Assembly (NCBI GenBank): GCA_044225175.1 | Contig: JBGAJA010000002.1 | Coordinates: 728,991-792,990 of the forward strand | Reading direction: 5' to 3' | DNA length: 64,000 nt | Origin: Candidatus Omnitrophota bacterium | GTDB taxonomy: Bacteria; Omnitrophota; Gorgyraeia; Zapsychrales; Fredricksoniimonadaceae | Shown: positions 58,304 through 64,000 of the stretch, one piece after another | How the letters are laid out: every line of letters begins with the position of its first letter | Position numbering within the stretch: position 1 is the stretch's first letter | Made by a program: the position numbers and the translations under genes | The notes under the pieces: model-generated | Told to the model about the DNA's origin: nothing | Database searches by the model: none | The model's input: the letters and a program-made list of their open reading frames with translations, nothing else

Positions 58304-59948
58304 AACCATAGCATTCACACTACTAGCTTTCTTGGTATTAGTACCATCTAGCTATGCCAATAATTTACAGTTAAAAAATTTGAATGTGGTAAGTTCAGAT
58401 ACAGCTTCAGAAACGATGACTTTCTCTTTTGACTTAACTCAAGAAAATAGCTGGAGAACTAATACCAATAATACAATTAGTTATGATGCTGTATGGGTTT
58501 TTATGAAATATTCAACTGATGGTGGAATTACCTGGAAGCATGGTACCATGAATGGAAGCGGTGTTAATCCCGCAGGTTTTTACGCTCCAGCTAATTTCCA
58601 GATTGAAGTCCCAGTCATTGACCAAAAAGGTTTCTTTTTGCATCGTTCTGATTTTGGTTCAGGAAACATTGCTCCAACAGGAATCAAATTTGTATGGAAC
58701 TATCACCAAGATGGTTTAACAACTGCGGTGGCTGAAGCTTCAAATACAATTCATAAAATATTCGGTATTGAAATGGTCTATATTCCCACAGGCGCATTTT
58801 ATGCGGGAGATGGGGACAGTTCTGCAGAATTCCATCTAAAAGCTGGATCAGCAGACAATACTCCTTGGTATATTCAAAGTGAAACTGGTTTCATGACAAC
58901 CAATACTCCTAATGGAGGGTATTATTACGTAAGTACTGGAGCTACTGGTGAATATGCAGATGGTGCCCCCTTCCAAATAACAAATGATTTTCCTAAAGGT
59001 TATAATGCATTTTATTTAATGAAATATGAATTAACTGAAGGACAATGGGTCAGCTTCTTTAATACACTTTCTAATGCAGCGAAAGTCAATCGCGATATTA
59101 CAACAGGTACAGGTGTAGGTGGAAAGGCCTCTGATGGTGTGGTTAATCGTAATACTATCGCTTGGGACCACTTACAACCTTCATTACCGGCTACCACTTT
59201 AAGACCATCTCGACCTGTTAGCTATGTTTCATGGCCTGATGTTGCAGCTTATGCAGCATGGGCAGGTCTTCGTCCTATGACAGAATTAGAATTTGAAAAA
59301 GCTGCACGTGGGAAAGGTAAAGAAGCCATTGCTGATGAGTTTGCTTGGGGTAATACAAGTTATTCTAGCGCTAATCCTTCTGATATCGATCCTAATGCTG
59401 ATGAAAATGGCACAGAAACAATTTTGACTGGTTCTGCAAACTTTAATGGTAATTCTTCAGGGTTTACCAGTGGTGATGGACGTCCAGGTGGGCCAGCAGA
59501 TGGTCAAGTTGGACCTCTTCGTTCTGGAATTTTTGCCTCTGCTCTTTCGAATAGAAATAAGAGCGGAGCAGGTTTTTATGGCAATATGGAACTTTCCGGT
59601 AATTTATATGAGCCCGTTGTCACCATAGGTCGTACTCAAGGACTTTCTTTTCTGGGTTCTCATGGAAATGGTGAATTAACAAGTGCTTCCGGATATGAAG
59701 GTTTTGCATCCAATAGTGATTGGCCTGGATATGATTCAGCACATGGTGTTGTAGATCACACTAAAGGTATTGGTTACCGAGGGGGAGATTTTAAATCATC
59801 TCTTCGTGCTTTTGAAATTTCTTCTCGAACAAATGCAGCTAAAGATCCAGATACTCAAGGATGTCTTCAACGTTATGATTCAGGTGCAGGATGCGTTGGG
59901 TTAAGTGGAGTCTTTTACGGTGGGCGTTTAGCTAGAACAGCACCTTAA
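58290..59948 (+). CDS. Secreted FGE-sulfatase (SUMF1/DUF323)-fold protein, GldJ/GldK-like, paralog B
   Basis: Start at MMAIKTIAFTLLAFLVLVPSSYA (signal peptide), overlapping paralog A by 14 nt. Colinear with paralog A: FYLMKYELTEGQW, RPSRPVSYVSWPDVAAYAAWAGLRPMTELEFEKAARG, AWGN, RGGDF. Confidence 0.75.
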   Translation: MMAIKTIAFTLLAFLVLVPSSYANNLQLKNLNVVSSDTASETMTFSFDLTQENSWRTNTNNTISYDAVWVFMKYSTDGGITWKHGTMNGSGVNPAGFYAPANFQIEVPVIDQKGFFLHRSDFGSGNIAPTGIKFVWNYHQDGLTTAVAEASNTIHKIFGIEMVYIPTGAFYAGDGDSSAEFHLKAGSADNTPWYIQSETGFMTTNTPNGGYYYVSTGATGEYADGAPFQITNDFPKGYNAFYLMKYELTEGQWVSFFNTLSNAAKVNRDITTGTGVGGKASDGVVNRNTIAWDHLQPSLPATTLRPSRPVSYVSWPDVAAYAAWAGLRPMTELEFEKAARGKGKEAIADEFAWGNTSYSSANPSDIDPNADENGTETILTGSANFNGNSSGFTSGDGRPGGPADGQVGPLRSGIFASALSNRNKSGAGFYGNMELSGNLYEPVVTIGRTQGLSFLGSHGNGELTSASGYEGFASNSDWPGYDSAHGVVDHTKGIGYRGGDFKSSLRAFEISSRTNAAKDPDTQGCLQRYDSGAGCVGLSGVFYGGRLARTAP

Positions 59949-59985
59949 TTAATGAAAGCTTTATTATTGTTTTTTATAAAAGTTC

Positions 59986-62900
59986 ATGTCAGATAAAAAA
60001 TTAAAATTGAAAACTTCAAATCGTCTACTACTATGCTTGGCTCTGTTAGCGTTTTCTGTAGTCGGTTTCGTTGTCTCTAAAGCCTTTGCTCAATACACTG
60101 GCGGCAATCAAACTTCTATTGAAGAAGCCACGATTGGAAGCAACATTTATGTTGGCGGTTCTCAAACCAATACTCCCTATGCTAGCTCTGATGGAACAGG
60201 ATCTTTGTCCCATGGTGCTGCAACCAAACTCGTTTTTAGTGTTATTCCTTCAGCAGAAAAACACGGTATAGCCTTTAGTCGCCAACCTGTTGTAGTCATT
60301 GAAGATGCTAATGGAAATATAGTTACTAGTGATAATTCAACTCAAGTAACCATTGCAATTCTTAATAATCCAGGCAATGGTGTCTTAAGAGGAGCTACTA
60401 CCATCCAGGCAGTTAATGGTTCTGCTAATTATTCCGACTTAAACATTACAAAAGCTGGACAACTTTATACATTGCAAGCAACTGCTGAAGGATTAACATC
60501 AGCTATTTCTTCTCCATTTGATGTACAGGTTGGAACAGGTCCTCAGGGTACTGCTACTTGGATAAGTACTTTAGGAGCATACCGTATTTTTACATGGATT
60601 GTAGATAACAACCAAAGACTGCCTTTAACCGGTGATACCTGTAATGATACTGTAATTTATAAAGCTGATGGGACTTCCGAAACAACGCTAACGATGGGAA
60701 CACCAGATCTCGTAAATAATTGGTGTAAATCTGATTTGACTTGGACACCTTCTAACTCTCAAATTTCTTATTTTGCAAATATTTCAATTATTCACTCTTC
60801 TACGACTCTTGAAAATTATATACCTTTAACTTTATCTGGTGGTTTTGCTCGTGATACATATGGTAACAATATCAACTGGCAAGACATTGCTCTCATCAAG
60901 GCTAAAACAGACACCATTAACTGGCAAGATATTGGAGTTATTAAAAGTAGCACAGATACAGTTAATTGGCAGGATGTCAGTGTTATTCTTTCCAATACAA
61001 ATTCTATTAAATCCATCACCAGTACTATTTCTACAAATGTCAATTGGCAAGACATTGATCGTATGTCCCAATCAGGTGTCAATTGGATGGATGTGGCTCG
61101 AACAACTTTAGTTGGGATTAATTGGAATGATTTCTCAATATTATCAAATGTTGGTATTAATTGGGCTGATTTTAGCGTCCTTACTAAGGGTGGGATCAAT
61201 TGGAATGATATTAGCGTGTTAGGTAAAGCTCATGTTAATTGGGCTGATTTCTCAAAACTTTCTTCTTTAGGAATTAATTGGAATGATATGGACAAGCTTT
61301 TTAAGGCCGGCGTGAATTGGCAAAGCTTTTCCTTATTATCAAATACAGGAATTAATTGGTATGACATGGCTATCATGTCTGGAGCAAGAATTGATTGGTC
61401 AAACACAATTAATTGGTACAGTCTTGCCGCTTTAACAACTTCAGGAGTAAATTGGAATGATTTAGCTATTTTATCAGTCAATAATATTAATTGGAATGAT
61501 ATCAAAATTTTGTCTACCGTTGGGATCAATTGGAATGATTTGAATATTTTAAGTAAGTCAGGAATTAATTGGCGTGATATAGATCTTTTAACCACGGCTG
61601 GAATTAATTGGGTAGACTTTGGAATTTTAGGTAAAGCTGGAATCAATTGGAATGATTTAGGAGTGTTAGCTAAAACAGGAATTAATTGGCAAGATTTAGG
61701 AGTTTTTACTAAAGCTGGCATCAATTGGAACGATTTAGGTGTTTTAACTAAAACGGGAATTAATTGGTTGGATTTACAAGTTTTATCTCGCACAGGAATT
61801 AATTGGAGTGATATTAATGTTTTAAGTAAGACAGGAATTAACTGGCAAGACTTTACGGCATTGAGTAAAGTCGGAATCAACTGGAATGATTTAGGAGTAT
61901 TAGCAAAGACTGGAATCAACTGGCAAGACTTAGGAGTGTTAAGTAAGGCTGGAATCAACTGGAATGATTTAGGAATATTAGCCAAGACAGGAGTTAATTG
62001 GCAAGATTTTGGAGTACTAAGTAAGGCTGGAATTAACTGGAATGATTTAGGAGTATTGGCCAAAAGTGGAATTAACTGGCAAGATTTTGCAGCAGTGAGC
62101 AAGGTAGGGATCAATTGGAATGATTTGCAAGTCATGCATTCACTTGGAATCAACTGGCAAGATTTTGCAGCGTTGAGTAAAGTTGGAATCAACTGGAATG
62201 ATTTAGGAGTATTAGCAAAGACCGGAATCAACTGGCAAGACTTTGCAGTATTAAGTAAGAATGGAATCAACTGGAATGATTTAGGAGTGTTGGCAAAGAC
62301 AGGAATCAACTGGCAAGATTTTGGAGTGTTGAGTAAGACGGGAATTAACTGGAATGACTTAAATGTGTTAAGTAGAACTGGAGTTAATTGGCAAGATTTT
62401 GGAGTGTTAAGTAAGGTTGGAGTCAACTGGAATGATTTAGGAGTGTTAGCCAAGAGTGGAATTAATTGGCAAGATTTAGGAGTATTGAGTAAGACAGGAA
62501 TCAATTGGAATGATTTAGGAGTATTAGCAAAGACAGGAATCAACTGGCAAGATTTAGGAGTGTTAAGTAAGACCGGAATTAACTGGAATGACTTAAATGT
62601 GTTAAGTAGGACCGGAGTAAACTGGATGGATTTAGCAGTGTTCAGTAAAGCCGGAGTTAACTGGAATGATTGGGGAATATTAGGAAAGAGCGGAATCAAT
62701 TGGCAAGACTTTGCAGCGTTGAGCAAGGTAGGGATCAATTGGAATGACCTAGTTACATTAAGTAAGACCGGAGTTAACTGGCAAGATTTTGCAGCATTAA
62801 GTAAGACGGGAATTAACTGGAATGACTTAAATGTGTTAAGTAGAACCGGGATTAACTGGATAGATTTAGCAGTGTTTAGTAAATCTGGAGTTAACTGGAA

Positions 62901-64000
62901 TGATTGGGGAATATTAGGAAAGAGTGGAATCAACTGGCAAGACTTTGCAGCGTTGAGTAAAGTTGGAATCAACTGGAATGATTTAGGAGTGTTGGCGAAG
63001 ACCGGAATCAACTGGCAAGATTTAGGAGTATTAAGCAAGACAGGAATTAATTGGAATGACATGCAGGTATTGCATGCAACAGGAATCAACTGGGTTGATT
63101 TAAGTGTATTTAGCAAGGTAGGAATCAATTGGAATGATTGGAGTGTGTTAGGCAAGAGTGGAATTAACTGGCAAGATTTTGGAGTATTAAGCAAGGTAGG
63201 AGTTAATTGGAATGATTTAGGAGTGTTGGCGAAGACCGGAATCAACTGGCAAGATTTAGGAGTGTTGAGTAAGGTTGGGATCAATTGGAATGATATTGGA
63301 GTATTAGCGAAGAGTGGAATTAACTGGCAAGATTTAGCAGCCTTTAGTAAGGCAGGGGTTAACTGGAATGATTGGGGAATATTAGGAAAGAGTGGAATCA
63401 ACTGGCAAGATTTTGCAGCATTGAGCAAAGTTGGAATCAACTGGAATGATTTAGGAGTATTAGCAAAGACCGGAATCAACTGGCAAGACTTAGGAGTGTT
63501 AAGTAAGGCTGGAATCAACTGGAATGATTTAGGAGTATTAGCAAAGACTGGAATTAACTGGCAAGATTTAGCAGCCTTTAGTAAGGCAGGGGTTAACTGG
63601 AATGATTGGGGAATATTAGGAAAGAGTGGAATCAACTGGCAAGACTTTGCAGCATTGAGCAAAGTTGGAATCAACTGGAATGATTTAGGAGTATTAGCAA
63701 AGACCGGAATCAACTGGCAAGACTTTGGAGTGTTAAGTAAGGCTGGAATCAACTGGAATGATTTAGGAGTATTAGCAAAGACAGGAATCAACTGGCAAGA
63801 TTTTGGAGTATTAAGCAAGGTAGGAGTTAACTGGAATGATTTAGCAGTGTTAGCAAAGACCGGGGTTAACTGGCAAGATTTTGCAGCAGTGAGTAAGGTT
63901 GGGATCAATTGGAATGATTTGCAAGTCATGCATTCACTTGGAATTAACTGGCATGATTTTGCAGCATTGAGCAAAGTCGGAGTTAACTGGAATGATTTAG
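59986..64000 (+). CDS. Giant secreted tandem-repeat protein (3' end beyond window): signal peptide, Ig-like N-terminal region, then at least 80 copies of a 13-aa G(I/V)NW(N/Q)D(L/F)(G/A)(V/A)L(S/A)K(T/A) repeat
   Basis: ATG at 59986-59988. MSDKKLKLKTSNRLLLCLALLAFSVVGFVVSKAFAQ signal peptide. Manual translation of this frame is open to the window end. Residues about 60-160 resemble a bacterial Ig-like domain (VxVxDANGNxV...GxAxxGxAxF..LxIxKAGxYTLxAxAxGL). Repeats begin about 60868. Confidence 0.8.
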   Translation, partial: MSDKKLKLKTSNRLLLCLALLAFSVVGFVVSKAFAQYTGGNQTSIEEATIGSNIYVGGSQTNTPYASSDGTGSLSHGAATKLVFSVIPSAEKHGIAFSRQPVVVIEDANGNIVTSDNSTQVTIAILNNPGNGVLRGATTIQAVNGSANYSDLNITKAGQLYTLQATAEGLTSAISSPFDVQVGTGPQGTATWISTLGAYRIFTWIVDNNQRLPLTGDTCNDTVIYKADGTSETTLTMGTPDLVNNWCKSDLTWTPSNSQISYFANISIIHSSTTLENYIPLTLSGGFARDTYGNNINWQDIALIKAKTDTINWQDIGVIKSSTDTVNWQDVSVILSNTNSIKSITSTISTNVNWQDIDRMSQSGVNWMDVARTTLVGINWNDFSILSNVGINWADFSVLTKGGINWNDISVLGKAHVNWADFSKLSSLGINWNDMDKLFKAGVNWQSFSLLSNTGINWYDMAIMSGARIDWSNTINWYSLAALTTSGVNWNDLAILSVNNINWNDIKILSTVGINWNDLNILSKSGINWRDIDLLTTAGINWVDFGILGKAGINWNDLGVLAKTGINWQDLGVFTKAGINWNDLGVLTKTGINWLDLQVLSRTGINWSDINVLSKTGINWQDFTALSKVGINWNDLGVLAKTGINWQDLGVLSKAGINWNDLGILAKTGVNWQDFGVLSKAGINWNDLGVLAKSGINWQDFAAVSKVGINWNDLQVMHSLGINWQDFAALSKVGINWNDLGVLAKTGINWQDFAVLSKNGINWNDLGVLAKTGINWQDFGVLSKTGINWNDLNVLSRTGVNWQDFGVLSKVGVNWNDLGVLAKSGINWQDLGVLSKTGINWNDLGVLAKTGINWQDLGVLSKTGINWNDLNVLSRTGVNWMDLAVFSKAGVNWNDWGILGKSGINWQDFAALSKVGINWNDLVTLSKTGVNWQDFAALSKTGINWNDLNVLSRTGINWIDLAVFSKSGVNWNDWGILGKSGINWQDFAALSKVGINWNDLGVLAKTGINWQDLGVLSKTGINWNDMQVLHATGINWVDLSVFSKVGINWNDWSVLGKSGINWQDFGVLSKVGVNWNDLGVLAKTGINWQDLGVLSKVGINWNDIGVLAKSGINWQDLAAFSKAGVNWNDWGILGKSGINWQDFAALSKVGINWNDLGVLAKTGINWQDLGVLSKAGINWNDLGVLAKTGINWQDLAAFSKAGVNWNDWGILGKSGINWQDFAALSKVGINWNDLGVLAKTGINWQDFGVLSKAGINWNDLGVLAKTGINWQDFGVLSKVGVNWNDLAVLAKTGVNWQDFAAVSKVGINWNDLQVMHSLGINWHDFAALSKVGVNWNDL
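60868..64000 (+). repeat. 39-bp (13-codon) coding tandem repeat array, organised as a 78-bp higher-order repeat, degenerate at the 5' side and near-identical toward the 3' side
   Basis: Repeated units such as ggaatcaactggcaagacttaggagtgttaagtaaggct and ggaatcaactggaatgatttaggagtattagcaaagacc recur head-to-tail to the end of the window. Confidence 0.9.

Noticed and set aside
60071-60271. 66-aa + strand ORF in an alternative frame inside the repeat-protein N-terminal region
   Set aside because: The main frame is open with signal peptide and Ig-like domain; this is a shadow ORF.
61230-63974. 914-aa minus-strand ORF across the repeat array
   Set aside because: It is the antisense frame of a codon-regular coding repeat. 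The plus-strand frame has a signal peptide, a unique N-terminal domain and locus-wide co-orientation.
60868-64000. Possible CRISPR array because of regular direct repeats
   Set aside because: Units are contiguous (39 bp head-to-tail) with no unique spacers, they maintain an open reading frame, and there are no cas genes. This is a coding tandem repeat.

Overview
AT-rich bacterial chromosomal window, almost entirely on the + strand, with compact operons and many 1-4 nt gene overlaps. Housekeeping proteins are recognisable but divergent, which suggests a deep-branching or uncultivated lineage; I cannot name it. Left to right the window holds: a two-component module (HK C-terminus, AraC-type response regulator, degenerate receiver); dtd; tatD; an NfnAB/SudAB-like oxidoreductase pair; panB; rsmE; tRNA-Pro; acyP; ligA; a XerC/D recombinase; a very short CCA/PAP-family nucleotidyltransferase; rbfA; nrnA; a frameshifted YhcG-like nuclease; truB; ribF; and a YihY/BrkB gene on the - strand. 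These are followed by a 2.3k-aa secreted giant protein carrying two Hsp90/sacsin-type GHKL ATPase modules. Next is a complete dcw cluster (mraZ-rsmH-ftsL-ftsI-murE-[PilZ]-murF-mraY-murD-ftsW-murG-[HExxH peptidase]-murC-ddl-ftsQ-ftsA). It has a textbook sigma70 promoter with an MraZ-box array, and no ftsZ follows ftsA. After that come a lipoprotein, tRNA-Arg on the - strand, a PilZ-like protein, gcvT-gcvH-gcvPA-gcvPB with a lipoate ligase, and an S41 protease. The most unusual part is the 3' third. It contains a GT2/DUF2304/GT2 glycosylation module, a bitopic membrane protein, a secretin and a TPR protein. These are followed by two tandem paralogous secreted FGE-sulfatase-fold (GldJ/GldK-like) proteins. 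Last is a signal-peptide-bearing giant protein made of at least 80 near-identical 13-aa (39-bp) 'GINW(N/Q)DLGVL(A/S)K' tandem repeats that runs off the window end. I interpret this as a candidate undescribed envelope machine (secretin plus GldJ/K-like lipoproteins plus glycosyltransferases) with a giant repetitive surface substrate.
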